Shown piece after piece: positions 54,538 through 64,000 of a stretch of DNA of 64,000 bases. Location of the stretch: IMG/VR virus record IMGVR_UViG_3300032315_000748. One strand, 5' to 3'. Below the pieces are notes generated by a model, which was not told the DNA's origin, ran no database searches, and was given only the letters and a program-made list of their open reading frames with translations. This stretch comes from a virus. The position numbers were made by a program, and so were the translations under genes. Within the stretch, counting starts at the first letter, position 1, and each line of letters begins with the position of its first letter.

Positions 54538-56235
54538 ATGAGTAGTGGTGATCAGTATCTAGGAAATCCTTTACTAAAAAAGGCGAATACGCCAATAGAG
54601 TTTACTAAGGATAATATTGAACAATACATAATATGTAAAGAAGATCCTGTATATTTTGCAAGAAATTATATAAAAATTGTTTCTCTTGATCATGGTCTTG
54701 TGCCATTTGATATGTATAAGTTTCAAGAAAAACTTATCAGTAATTTCCATGATCATAGATTTAATATCTGCAAAATGCCAAGGCAGTCTGGAAAATCCAC
54801 TACTGTAGTTTCCTATTTGCTTCATTACGCAATATTTAATGATAATGTCAATATTGCAATTCTTGCCAATAAAGCGTCTACTGCCAGAGACCTTCTTGGG
54901 AGACTTCAATTAGCATACGAAAATCTCCCCAAATGGATGCAGCAAGGCGTCTTGATATGGAACAAAGGTTCACTAGAACTTGAGAACGGTTCCAAGATTG
55001 TTGCTGCTTCTACTAGTGCATCTGCTGTTCGTGGTGGATCATATAATATTGTATTTTTGGACGAATTTGCGTTCGTTCCAAATAATGTCGCAGAAGAATT
55101 TTTCAGTTCAGTATATCCTGTTATATCATCTGGTAAATCTACCAAGATGATTATTGTTTCTACCCCTCACGGGATGAATCATTTTTATAAAATTTGGCAC
55201 GATGCGGAAAGAAAAAAGAACGAATATATACCAACCGAAGTTCATTGGAGTGACGTTCCCGGTAGGGATGAGGAATGGAAGCGTCAAACAATAGCAAATA
55301 CTAGCGACCAACAATTTGCAGTTGAATTTGAGTGTGAGTTTCTTGGTTCTGTTGGAACTTTAATCAGTGCATCAAAATTGAGAAACTTAGTTTATGACGA
55401 TCCAATAGAAAGAAGTGGAGGATTGGATGTATATGAAGAACCACAAGAAGATCATACTTATATAATGACTGTGGATGTTTCAAGGGGATTAAATAATGAT
55501 TACTCTGCTTTTGTTGTTTTTGATATAACTACGTTTCCATATAGAATAGTTTCAAAATATAGAAATAATGAAATTAAACCTATGCTTTTTCCAAATATTA
55601 TTTTGGACGTAGCAAAAGCATATAATAAAGCATTTGTTTTGGCAGAAGTTAATGATATTGGAGAACAAGTAACAAGTATTTTACATTTTGATTTAGAATA
55701 CGATAATATTCTAATGTGTGCGATGAGAGGTAGAGCTGGACAATTGGTTGGACAAGGATTTTCTGGAAAGAAAACTCAATTGGGCGTTAAAATGTCCAAA
55801 ACAGTAAAAAAAGTTGGTTGCTCTAATTTAAAAACGATTGTAGAAGATGATAAATTAATATTCAATGATTATGATATTATTAGCGAGTTGACAACTTTTA
55901 TCCAAAAAAATCAATCATTTGAAGCTGAAGAAGGATCAAATGATGACTTGGTAATGTGTTTAGTTATCTTTGCTTGGTTGGTTGTCCAGGATTATTTCAA
56001 GGAGATGACTGAAAATGATGTTCGTAAAAGAATATATGAAGACCAAAAAGAACAAATAGAACAAGATATGTCTCCTTTTGGATTCATTACTGATGGTCTA
56101 AATAATGAAAATACTTTTGTTGATACTGAAGGAGATACTTGGAAAGTTATTGGTGGCAATCAAGTTCAAGGTGATGAAAATGGATGGCATCTTGATGAGT
56201 ATGGGGATAGTTCATATATGTGGGAATATAGGTAA
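54538..56235 (+). CDS. g17: terminase large subunit gp17
   Basis: YLGNPLLK, PRQSGKST Walker A, FLDEFAF, STPHGMNHFY, DDLVM. Confidence 0.97.
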   Translation: MSSGDQYLGNPLLKKANTPIEFTKDNIEQYIICKEDPVYFARNYIKIVSLDHGLVPFDMYKFQEKLISNFHDHRFNICKMPRQSGKSTTVVSYLLHYAIFNDNVNIAILANKASTARDLLGRLQLAYENLPKWMQQGVLIWNKGSLELENGSKIVAASTSASAVRGGSYNIVFLDEFAFVPNNVAEEFFSSVYPVISSGKSTKMIIVSTPHGMNHFYKIWHDAERKKNEYIPTEVHWSDVPGRDEEWKRQTIANTSDQQFAVEFECEFLGSVGTLISASKLRNLVYDDPIERSGGLDVYEEPQEDHTYIMTVDVSRGLNNDYSAFVVFDITTFPYRIVSKYRNNEIKPMLFPNIILDVAKAYNKAFVLAEVNDIGEQVTSILHFDLEYDNILMCAMRGRAGQLVGQGFSGKKTQLGVKMSKTVKKVGCSNLKTIVEDDKLIFNDYDIISELTTFIQKNQSFEAEEGSNDDLVMCLVIFAWLVVQDYFKEMTENDVRKRIYEDQKEQIEQDMSPFGFITDGLNNENTFVDTEGDTWKVIGGNQVQGDENGWHLDEYGDSSYMWEYR

Positions 56236-56246
56236 GTTTAGCAATT

Positions 56247-56254
56247 TATAAATA
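56247..56254 (+). promoter_or_regulatory. T4-type late promoter
   Basis: TATAAATA upstream of g18; also at 61081 and 62509, with TAAATA variants before g8, g13, g15 and g20. Confidence 0.85.
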
Positions 56255-56291
56255 CTTCTAGACAAAATGAAACTTCTTTAGAGGGAAAGAC

Positions 56292-58694
56292 ATGTCGCTA
56301 AACTTAGTATCTCCAGGGGTCAATATAAGAGAAGTTGACTTAACTATTGGGGGAATTACTGCATCAAATGAGCAGGTTGGCGCAATAGCAGGTCCATTTT
56401 CAAAAGGACCAGTCAATGTACCTATTTTAATTCAGAATGAGAACGATCTTCTCAATACATTTGGAAAACCACTTTCTACCGATTCTCAATACGAGTATTG
56501 GTTGAGTGCTTCTTCATACTTATCATATGGAGGAATTCTCAGAGTTCTTAGAACAGATGGAACTACATTAAATAATTCAAACGCTTCAACAGTTGGCAGT
56601 GGTTCAACTACTTTGAAAATTTCTTCATATGAAGATTATATCAATAGCTATTCAACAGCATCTTCTTGGTCCTATGCATCAAGAGATCCAGGAAGTTGGG
56701 CAAATAATTTAAAAGTATGTGTAATTGATGCTGCTGCAGATCAAAGAGTTGCAATTGGAACTTTTGGAATGTCAGTTGGGTATGGCATTACTGTTGGATT
56801 GAACACTTCATATGCTAATACAGATGGTACTGTTGGTTCATCTGTTGGTTATTTGAGAGGAATTATTACTAATGTTGGAAATCAATATGTTGATGTAAAA
56901 GTAACTGACAGATACGATAATGCTGCTGGAACCTCAAGTTTAGTTTCATATTCGCAAAATAGCATCAATTCTTTTCCATCTGGTGTTGGTGTAGCTTATA
57001 TCAAAACATCTTCTGGAGTTTCAACTTCAATTGAAGTAAATAGATTCTATGGATCTATTGGTTCTGGTTCTACAATTATCCTACCACCTTCAATTTCAGT
57101 ATCACTTCCTACTGTTGCTATTGGCAATTTAGTTCAAACAATATCTAATGGTATTGTAAATGAATCTACTATCGTAGGATTAAGTACAACTTCCGTGAAT
57201 GGATCAACACAGACAACTATTGTAACCAATACTGCTTCTGTTGGTGTAGGGACAAATGTTGAGTTTGTAGTAAAATCTCCAGCAGCATCTGGAATTAATT
57301 TTACGACTGGTCCATCAACTCCAACTGTTGTTTCCGATTGGTATAATCTTCAAACTCTTGGACTTACAAATTCAACAGTTTATTGGAAGACAATTGCAGA
57401 AAGACCTTCCACTTCACAATATGTAAATGATAGAAGCGGAAAAAATGATGAGATTCACATTGTAGTTGTAGATGATAGTGGTTCTGTTACCGGAGTTGCT
57501 GGTAATATTGTAGAGAAATTTACATATTTGACAAAAGCATTTGATGGTAAAATTTCACCTACACAATCTGTATATTATAAAGATTTTATTTCTGCAAATT
57601 CAGAGTATATTTTTGCGGGTGCTGCACCAACTGGTTCTGCTACTGGATTCACAAGCACTACTGGATATACAAATACTAATGTTGGTAACTGGGCACAAAA
57701 TGCTCAAGGCACAACTTTCTCTGGCGTAGGAAATATTACTTATAATTTGACTGGTGGTGTTGATTATTCTTCTTCTGGGGGAATGGGCGCTACTCTTGCT
57801 AATATTATTACTTCTTATAATGTTTTATCCAATCCAGCAGAATATCAAGTCAATTTCTTAATTAATGGTCCTTCTGGTGGTGCAACAATCTACGAATCTC
57901 AAGCAAAAGCAAATGCTTTAATTGGAATTGCCGAAGCAAGAAAAGATTGTGTTGCTGTAATTTCCCCACATAAATCCGGAATTGTAAATATTACAAATTC
58001 CGATACTCAAACCACTAATGTTATTAATTTCTTTGATCCAATCACATCCAGTTCTTATGCTGTATTTGATAGTGGTTATAAGTATATGTTTGATAGATTC
58101 AACAATACCTTCAGATACATTCCCTGTAGTGCCGACATTGCCGGTCTGATGGCTAGAACATCTATTAACCAATACTCCTGGTTCTCTCCTGCTGGTGCCT
58201 CTAGAGGGGCAATTAATGGTGCCGTAAAGCTTGCTTACAATCCATCAAAAGCACAAAGAGATCTGTTATATCCAAAGAGAATCAATCCAATTATATTCTC
58301 TCCTGGTGCTGGTATTATTCTTTACGGAGATAAGACTGCACTTTCATATGTCTCCGCTTTTGATAGAATTAACGTTCGTCGTTTATTCCTCACAATTGAA
58401 TCCACAATTGAAAGAGCAGCAAGAGCGCAGTTATTTGAATTCAATGACATAATTACAAGATCAAATTTTGTAAATATTGTTGAACCATATCTTCGTGATG
58501 TAAAATCAAAGAGAGGCATTATTGACTTCTTGGTTGTTTGTGATGAAACAAATAACACTCCCGACGTGATTGATGGAAATCAGTTTAGAGCTGATATCTT
58601 TGTTAAACCTGCAAGATCAATTAACTTCATCGGACTTACCTTTGTTGCTACACGCACAGGTGTAAGTTTTGAAGAAGTTGTTGGAAACGTTTAA
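56292..58694 (+). CDS. g18: tail sheath protein gp18
   Basis: SPGV.IREVDLT, WFSPAG..RG, FDRINVRRLF, KPARSINFI.LTFVATRTG. Confidence 0.97.
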   Translation: MSLNLVSPGVNIREVDLTIGGITASNEQVGAIAGPFSKGPVNVPILIQNENDLLNTFGKPLSTDSQYEYWLSASSYLSYGGILRVLRTDGTTLNNSNASTVGSGSTTLKISSYEDYINSYSTASSWSYASRDPGSWANNLKVCVIDAAADQRVAIGTFGMSVGYGITVGLNTSYANTDGTVGSSVGYLRGIITNVGNQYVDVKVTDRYDNAAGTSSLVSYSQNSINSFPSGVGVAYIKTSSGVSTSIEVNRFYGSIGSGSTIILPPSISVSLPTVAIGNLVQTISNGIVNESTIVGLSTTSVNGSTQTTIVTNTASVGVGTNVEFVVKSPAASGINFTTGPSTPTVVSDWYNLQTLGLTNSTVYWKTIAERPSTSQYVNDRSGKNDEIHIVVVDDSGSVTGVAGNIVEKFTYLTKAFDGKISPTQSVYYKDFISANSEYIFAGAAPTGSATGFTSTTGYTNTNVGNWAQNAQGTTFSGVGNITYNLTGGVDYSSSGGMGATLANIITSYNVLSNPAEYQVNFLINGPSGGATIYESQAKANALIGIAEARKDCVAVISPHKSGIVNITNSDTQTTNVINFFDPITSSSYAVFDSGYKYMFDRFNNTFRYIPCSADIAGLMARTSINQYSWFSPAGASRGAINGAVKLAYNPSKAQRDLLYPKRINPIIFSPGAGIILYGDKTALSYVSAFDRINVRRLFLTIESTIERAARAQLFEFNDIITRSNFVNIVEPYLRDVKSKRGIIDFLVVCDETNNTPDVIDGNQFRADIFVKPARSINFIGLTFVATRTGVSFEEVVGNV

Positions 58695-58714
58695 TTCAAT
58701 AGAGGAAACCCACA

Positions 58715-59350
58715 ATGGCTAACTTAAACATTCCAAATACAAAAGACAGAACCCTTGATCAATTCAAGGGAAGAATGCTCGGGGGTGGAGCGAGACCTAA
58801 TTTATTTGAATGTGAATTGTTTTTTCCTTCCGATTCAATTCCAGTAGGAACTACCGAAGATGCGCTTTCGGATAAAACTAGATTTTTAGTCAAAGCTGCA
58901 AATCTTCCTGCTTCTACTCTTGGAGTTATTGATGTTCCATTTAGAGGAAGAAACCTCAAAATTGCTGGAGATAGAACATTTGACCCTTGGACCATTACCG
59001 TAATTAATGATTCCGATTTCATAATTAGAACTGCTTTTGAAAGATGGATGAATCTTATCAACAAGCACGAGGATAATGCTGGAAAAAATAATCCAGTAGA
59101 TTACCAAAAAGAAGTTTATGTGAAGCAATTTGGAAGAGCTTTAACTAATGGTTCAACTCCAACAAGTGCAACTCAAATTCCAGTATTGAAGCAATATAAA
59201 TTCTACGGAGTTTTCCCAACTTCAGTAAGTGATATTGCTCTTTCGTATGATTCTTCAGATACAATTGAAGAATTCACTGTAGATCTTCAAGTTCAATGGT
59301 GGGATGCTCTTGATCCTTCTGGCGCAACTCAACTTGGAACTGGAGCATAA
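58715..59350 (+). CDS. g19: tail tube protein gp19
   Basis: GGARPNLFE, PFRGR.LKIAGDRTF..WTIT.IND, IEEFTV. Confidence 0.96.
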   Translation: MANLNIPNTKDRTLDQFKGRMLGGGARPNLFECELFFPSDSIPVGTTEDALSDKTRFLVKAANLPASTLGVIDVPFRGRNLKIAGDRTFDPWTITVINDSDFIIRTAFERWMNLINKHEDNAGKNNPVDYQKEVYVKQFGRALTNGSTPTSATQIPVLKQYKFYGVFPTSVSDIALSYDSSDTIEEFTVDLQVQWWDALDPSGATQLGTGA

Positions 59351-59375
59351 ATAGTAGAAACTGATTTAATTATTG

Positions 59376-61085
59376 ATGGCTAAATTATTTGGATTTAAAA
59401 TACAAGATACTACTGGAGCAGATAAGTCCAAAAGCATTATCTCTCCAGTACCTCCTAATGAGGAAGATAAGTCAGATTTTTATCTTCAAAGTGGATTTTA
59501 TGGCCAGTATGTAGATATTGAAGGTGTTTATAAAAGTGAGCAAGATTTAGTAAGAAGATATCGTGAGATGGCACTTCACCCAGAATGTGATAGTGCCATT
59601 GAAGATGTAGTAAATGAAGCAATCGTATCAGATTTGAATGATTCTCCCGTAGAGATTGAACTTTCAAATCTTCCAGCTTCAGATAAACTAAAACAAATTA
59701 TTAGAAACGAATTCAAAACAATTAAAGATATTTTAGATTTTGATAGAAAATCACACGAAATATTCAGAAATTGGTATATTGATGGAAGAATCTTTTATCA
59801 TAAAGTAATTGATTTTAAAAAACCAGAAGAAGGAATCAAAGAAATAAGATATATTGATCCTCTTAAAATTAGATTTATTCGTAGAGCAGAACAATCTGGA
59901 CCAAATGCAAATTTCCCAACTCCTATGGGAACAAGTAAGGATCCAATTGATATCTACCAAGCACCAAAAATAGAAGAATATTATCTATATGATCCAAATT
60001 CTTCTATGGGTACTGGAGGAACTACATCATTCAGGAATGAATCAAAAAGTGTAAAAATCACAAAAGATGCGATTACATTTATCACTTCTGGACTCGTAGA
60101 TCGCAACAAACAAACAGTTCTTTCATATCTCCATAAAGCAATTAAAGCACTCAATCAATTAAGAATGATTGAAGATAGTCTTGTAATTTATAGACTATCT
60201 CGTGCTCCAGAACGTAGAATTTTCTATATTGATGTTGGTAATCTACCAAAAATTAAAGCTGAGCAATATCTTCGTGATGTGATGAATCGTTATAGAAACA
60301 AACTTGTCTATAACGCAGATACAGGAGAAATTCGTGATGATCGTAAGTATATGGCGATGCTTGAAGATTTTTGGTTGCCACGTAGAGAAGGTGGTCGTGG
60401 AACAGAGATCACTACACTTCCTGGTGGACAAAATCTTGGAGAACTTGCTGATATTGAATATTTCCAAAAGAAACTTTACAAATCTTTAAATGTCCCATCA
60501 AGTAGAATTGACGTTGGTGGTGGTGGATTCAATCTTGGAAGATCTTCTGAAATTTTAAGAGACGAACTTAAATTTACAAAGTTTGTAGGAAGACTGAGAA
60601 AGAGATTTTCTCAGATGTTTAATGATTTTCTAAAAACACAACTGATTTTAAAAAATATTATTACTCCGGAAGATTGGGAATCATTATCAGAACATATTCA
60701 ATATGATTTTATTTACGATAATCATTTTTCCGACTTAAAAAATAATGAACTTTTAAATGACCAATTGGGAGTTGTTGCCGCTATGCAACCATATATTGGT
60801 ACTTATTTCTCAACACAATATGTGAGACAGAAAGTTCTCAAACATTCCGATACTCTTATGGGAGAAATTGATAATCAAATCAAAAAAGAAATTGAAAAAG
60901 GAATTATACCAGATCCAGCAACTATTGATCCATCCACTGGTATGCCTTTCCAAGATAATTCTGCAGGAATGCAACCCCAAAATAATGCTGGAGGAATGGA
61001 TTTGGGACAACCAATGATGGAACCAGACTTAACAAAACAAGCAAAATCCACTGAAATCAAGATGCCTAAAGGTGGAGAGATATAA
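59376..61085 (+). CDS. g20: portal protein gp20
   Basis: IYRLSRAPERRIFYIDVGNLPK, EDFWLPRREGGRGTEITTLPGG. Confidence 0.98.
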   Translation: MAKLFGFKIQDTTGADKSKSIISPVPPNEEDKSDFYLQSGFYGQYVDIEGVYKSEQDLVRRYREMALHPECDSAIEDVVNEAIVSDLNDSPVEIELSNLPASDKLKQIIRNEFKTIKDILDFDRKSHEIFRNWYIDGRIFYHKVIDFKKPEEGIKEIRYIDPLKIRFIRRAEQSGPNANFPTPMGTSKDPIDIYQAPKIEEYYLYDPNSSMGTGGTTSFRNESKSVKITKDAITFITSGLVDRNKQTVLSYLHKAIKALNQLRMIEDSLVIYRLSRAPERRIFYIDVGNLPKIKAEQYLRDVMNRYRNKLVYNADTGEIRDDRKYMAMLEDFWLPRREGGRGTEITTLPGGQNLGELADIEYFQKKLYKSLNVPSSRIDVGGGGFNLGRSSEILRDELKFTKFVGRLRKRFSQMFNDFLKTQLILKNIITPEDWESLSEHIQYDFIYDNHFSDLKNNELLNDQLGVVAAMQPYIGTYFSTQYVRQKVLKHSDTLMGEIDNQIKKEIEKGIIPDPATIDPSTGMPFQDNSAGMQPQNNAGGMDLGQPMMEPDLTKQAKSTEIKMPKGGEI

Positions 61086-61117
61086 ATAGTTTTTAGTTAT
61101 TAATATATTATAACAGT

Positions 61118-61333
61118 ATGGACGATTTAATAGATATGATTGCTGCTGGTGATTCTCAATCACAAGTATCTGATCGGATTAAAGATCTTCTTTTTTCTAA
61201 AAGTGCAGAAAGAATAGATGCAGTAAGACCATATGCTGCTGCTAGTCTTTTTGGTGAAGAAGATTCAGAATCTTATGAAGATGATGAGTCCGATGAAGAC
61301 GATGAAGACGAATATGAAGAAGAGGAAGACTGA
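61118..61333 (+). CDS. small acidic protein at the prohead-core (gp67-like) position
   Basis: After g20 and TATAAATA; D/E tail. Confidence 0.7.
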   Translation: MDDLIDMIAAGDSQSQVSDRIKDLLFSKSAERIDAVRPYAAASLFGEEDSESYEDDESDEDDEDEYEEEED

Positions 61334-61854
61334 TGAGTTTTAGAATTGTACAAACAGTCAGTGCAGTAAATGCTGCCGCTGCAACTACCGCAACATCTAA
61401 TCCCATCGCTCTCCAATCTGGATATATTCGTGTTTCCTGTGGAACAACTGCTGCTTACATTCAAATTTCTGAAAACCCAGTGGCAACCGCAAATGATTTT
61501 ATGATTGTTCCAAATAGTTCAGAAATTTTAAAGCAAAGAGTTGCTAGACAAAGAATTTCTGGTATTACTACAGGAACAACAACCGTTATAGATTTTGGCG
61601 AAAATAATGGAAATCCATTTATTGTTGGTGATTATGTAACAATTCAAAATGCACATCCTGCAGGAATTAATACAGTTCATTCACAAGTGACCGTATCAAC
61701 TCCATCAAATATTACTTTGAATTATAATAGTTCTTCAGTTGTTGGAGTTGCATTAACAAATGCTTCCATTTCTAGAAGTGTGAAGGTTTCTGTATTTGCT
61801 CCAGTGGCAGCATCTGTAAGTATTGCAGAAATTCAAACCGCATCACTAAACTAA
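61333..61854 (+). CDS. cyanophage hypothetical protein
   Basis: 173 aa, beta-rich, between g20 and g21. Confidence 0.75.
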   Translation: MSFRIVQTVSAVNAAAATTATSNPIALQSGYIRVSCGTTAAYIQISENPVATANDFMIVPNSSEILKQRVARQRISGITTGTTTVIDFGENNGNPFIVGDYVTIQNAHPAGINTVHSQVTVSTPSNITLNYNSSSVVGVALTNASISRSVKVSVFAPVAASVSIAEIQTASLN

Positions 61855-61855
61855 A

Positions 61856-62506
61856 ATGAAACTAATCACAGAAGAAGTCCAAAAAGTAGAATTTATTGTT
61901 GAAGGGACTGGATCCTCCAAAAGAATGTTCATTGAAGGTATATACCTCCAAGGAAATATGAGGAATCGTAATGGAAGAGAATATCCACTCGAAATTCTTG
62001 ACCGCGAAGTACGTCGTTACAACGAGTCTTTTATTCAAAAAGGTCGTGCTCTTGGTGAACTTGGACATCCAGATGGACCAACAATCAATTTAGATCGTGT
62101 TTCTCATAAAATTACTTCACTTATTCGTGAAGGAAATAACTTTAAGGGAAGGTCACAACTACTTTCTACCCCTATGGGCAAAATTGCACAATCACTTATT
62201 GGTGAAGGTGTGACTCTTGGGGTTTCTTCTCGTGGTGTTGGTTCATTAATTCAAACGAATGAAGGACATAAAGTTGTTGGTGAAGATTTTATGTTAGCAA
62301 CTGCTGCGGATATTGTTGCCGATCCATCTGCTCCTGATGCTTTTGTTCAGGGAATTATGGAAGGAAAAGAATGGGTATGGGATGGTGGAATTTTGAGAGA
62401 GCAATTTGCAGAAAAGACATATAAAACAATAAATACATTAGTTGACAAAAAAATGCTCAATGAGCATAAAGTAAAATTATTTGATAATTTTCTTTCAAAT
62501 CTTTAA
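61856..62506 (+). CDS. g21: prohead protease gp21
   Basis: MKLITE, NRNGR.Y, ALGELGHP, GVSSRG.GS, DIVADPSAPDAFV. Confidence 0.97.
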   Translation: MKLITEEVQKVEFIVEGTGSSKRMFIEGIYLQGNMRNRNGREYPLEILDREVRRYNESFIQKGRALGELGHPDGPTINLDRVSHKITSLIREGNNFKGRSQLLSTPMGKIAQSLIGEGVTLGVSSRGVGSLIQTNEGHKVVGEDFMLATAADIVADPSAPDAFVQGIMEGKEWVWDGGILREQFAEKTYKTINTLVDKKMLNEHKVKLFDNFLSNL

Positions 62507-62552
62507 ATTATAAATAAATATAGATTTAACAAAGGTAAATCGGAGAGTTCAA

Positions 62553-63743
62553 ATGTCCCGTGGTAAAAACTTACAAGAAATGGAAACAGGCACTACACAA
62601 TCTCGTACTGCTGTAAATGCCAATGCAAAGGCAGCAGAACCAATGCAAAAGTTGAGCACAGGCATTCCTGATGGTCAAACTGGTAGTTGGGAAGATCTTG
62701 GTGGACCAACACCAGAGAATTACAGATCAGATGATGATTCTGCTAAACTTAAAACTCCTGGTGCAACCCTTAAGCAAGTTAAGGATGTTGTAAATAAAGG
62801 AGCAAAGGCAGCAGAAGCAATGAAAACTGGTGCGGTAAAAGAAGATTCTGAATATGATGATGAAGATGAAGAACTCCTAGAAGCTGCCGAAGAAGAAGAT
62901 ACCGAAGATGAAGACGAAAAGGCAGAAAAGAAAAAATCTTCCAAAAAATCTGAAAAAGATGATGATGATGAAGAAGATGAAGATGACGAAGAAGATGGCA
63001 AGAAAAAAATGGATGAATCCATTAGCATCGAAGAAGATGTTGATGCTCTTCTTGCCGGTGAAGAACTATCTGAAGAATTTAGAGATAAAGCAAAGTTAAT
63101 TTTTGAAGCAGCAATCAATTCAAAGATTTCTGAAATATATGAATCTCTAGAATCACATTATGAAAATCAACTTGTTGAGCAAGTTGAAGAAATCAAATCA
63201 GAATTGACTGAAAGAGTTGATTCTTATCTTGAGTATGTAGCCGATGAGTGGCTACAGGAAAATGCCCTTGTTGTAGAGCAAGGACTTAAAACTGAAATGA
63301 CCGAATCATTCCTTCAAGGAATGAAGGGTCTTTTTGAAGAACATTATGTAACAATCCCTGAAGATAAATATGATGTAATCGAGAGTATGGTAGATAAACT
63401 TGATGAAATGGAGACCAAACTCAATGAGCAAATCGAAAGAAATATTGCTCTAAACCAAAGACTAGCAGAATCGGTTGCCGATGTAATTTTAAGTGATGTT
63501 TCTGAAGGTCTTGCGACCTCCCAGAAAGATAAACTCGCTTCCCTATCTGAAAGTGTTGAGTTTGAAAGTGAGGCAGACTATCGTGAGAAGCTAGCAACAT
63601 TGAGGGAAGCATACTTTCCAAGAAATGCTGGCGCTCAAAGAGGGTATTCGGAAGTAATTTCTGAAGAAGCTGATTATACTCAACCAGTTTCTGGTGCGAT
63701 GGAATCTTATCTTCAGACACTTTCCAGAGTTTCTAAAAAGTGA
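62553..63743 (+). CDS. g22: prohead core scaffold protein gp22
   Basis: DLGGPTPENY, LSEEF..KA..IFEAA, VDSYLEYVADEW..EN. Confidence 0.95.
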   Translation: MSRGKNLQEMETGTTQSRTAVNANAKAAEPMQKLSTGIPDGQTGSWEDLGGPTPENYRSDDDSAKLKTPGATLKQVKDVVNKGAKAAEAMKTGAVKEDSEYDDEDEELLEAAEEEDTEDEDEKAEKKKSSKKSEKDDDDEEDEDDEEDGKKKMDESISIEEDVDALLAGEELSEEFRDKAKLIFEAAINSKISEIYESLESHYENQLVEQVEEIKSELTERVDSYLEYVADEWLQENALVVEQGLKTEMTESFLQGMKGLFEEHYVTIPEDKYDVIESMVDKLDEMETKLNEQIERNIALNQRLAESVADVILSDVSEGLATSQKDKLASLSESVEFESEADYREKLATLREAYFPRNAGAQRGYSEVISEEADYTQPVSGAMESYLQTLSRVSKK

Positions 63744-63791
63744 TTTTTAAATCATAAATCAAACTAACAATTTCCAAAAGAGGTAAAACAA

Positions 63792-64000
63792 ATGCAAATG
63801 TTCAATGCAGAACAATTGCAGGAGAAGTGGGCACCACTCCTTAATTATGAGGGTCTTGATAAAATCAAGGACTCACATCGTAGAATGGTAACCGCAGTCC
63901 TGCTCGAAAACCAAGAAAAATTCCAAAGAGAGGAGCGCGAGTTCCTTTATGAAGCCCCAACCAACTCAGCTGGTACTGGTGGTTTCTCAAATACTGGTAC
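63792..64000 (+). CDS. g23: major capsid protein gp23 (5' part, runs off window)
   Basis: GAGG SD; MQMFNAEQLQEKWAPLL....I.D.HRR.VTAVLLENQEK. Confidence 0.95.
   Translation, partial: MQMFNAEQLQEKWAPLLNYEGLDKIKDSHRRMVTAVLLENQEKFQREEREFLYEAPTNSAGTGGFSNTG

Noticed and set aside
54538-61085. Introns or inteins in terminase, sheath or portal genes
   Set aside because: ORFs are continuous, of expected size, and lack intein splice motifs.
62850-63010. GAAGAT-rich low-complexity tract
   Set aside because: It encodes the acidic linker of scaffold gp22; not an independent repeat element.
25033-63720. Short antisense and out-of-frame ORFs inside structural genes
   Set aside because: Shadows of long conserved + strand genes, with no independent expression signals or recognisable motifs.

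Overview
A 64-kb segment of a T4-like cyanomyovirus genome. The AT-rich, GIGT/GIST-rich structural proteins and the PebA-like gene suggest a freshwater cyanophage. It has three parts. (1) 1-20.84 kb is an early/accessory region of about 70 small + strand ORFs, with three probable homing endonucleases plus an McrA-type HNH, two tRNAs, a metallophosphoesterase, an HD-domain (p)ppGpp-hydrolase-like protein, an SF2 helicase and a lone minus-strand ferredoxin-dependent bilin reductase. It is divided into cassettes by 16 copies of a palindrome-promoter element (TGTGCCAS-N8-STGGCACA centred 40.5-42.5 bp upstream of a usually extended -10 box). (2) 20.84-22.01 kb is a gene-free, origin-like locus. It holds a 17th palindrome placed symmetrically between two divergent promoters, seven clustered cyanobacterial-type DnaA boxes (six exact TTTTCCACA), tandem repeats, 11 co-oriented TTCGT motifs and A-tracts. 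(3) 22.0-64 kb is the virion morphogenesis module: a GT-A glycosyltransferase, gp25, gp6, a giant gp7-like protein, gp8, a DUF4815/VrlC-like protein, gp13-gp22 and the 5' end of gp23, under TATAAATA late promoters. The most notable signals are the repeated palindrome-promoter cassette system and the oriC-like DnaA-box locus wired to the same palindrome. Protein family calls come from motif recognition only; no database searches were run.
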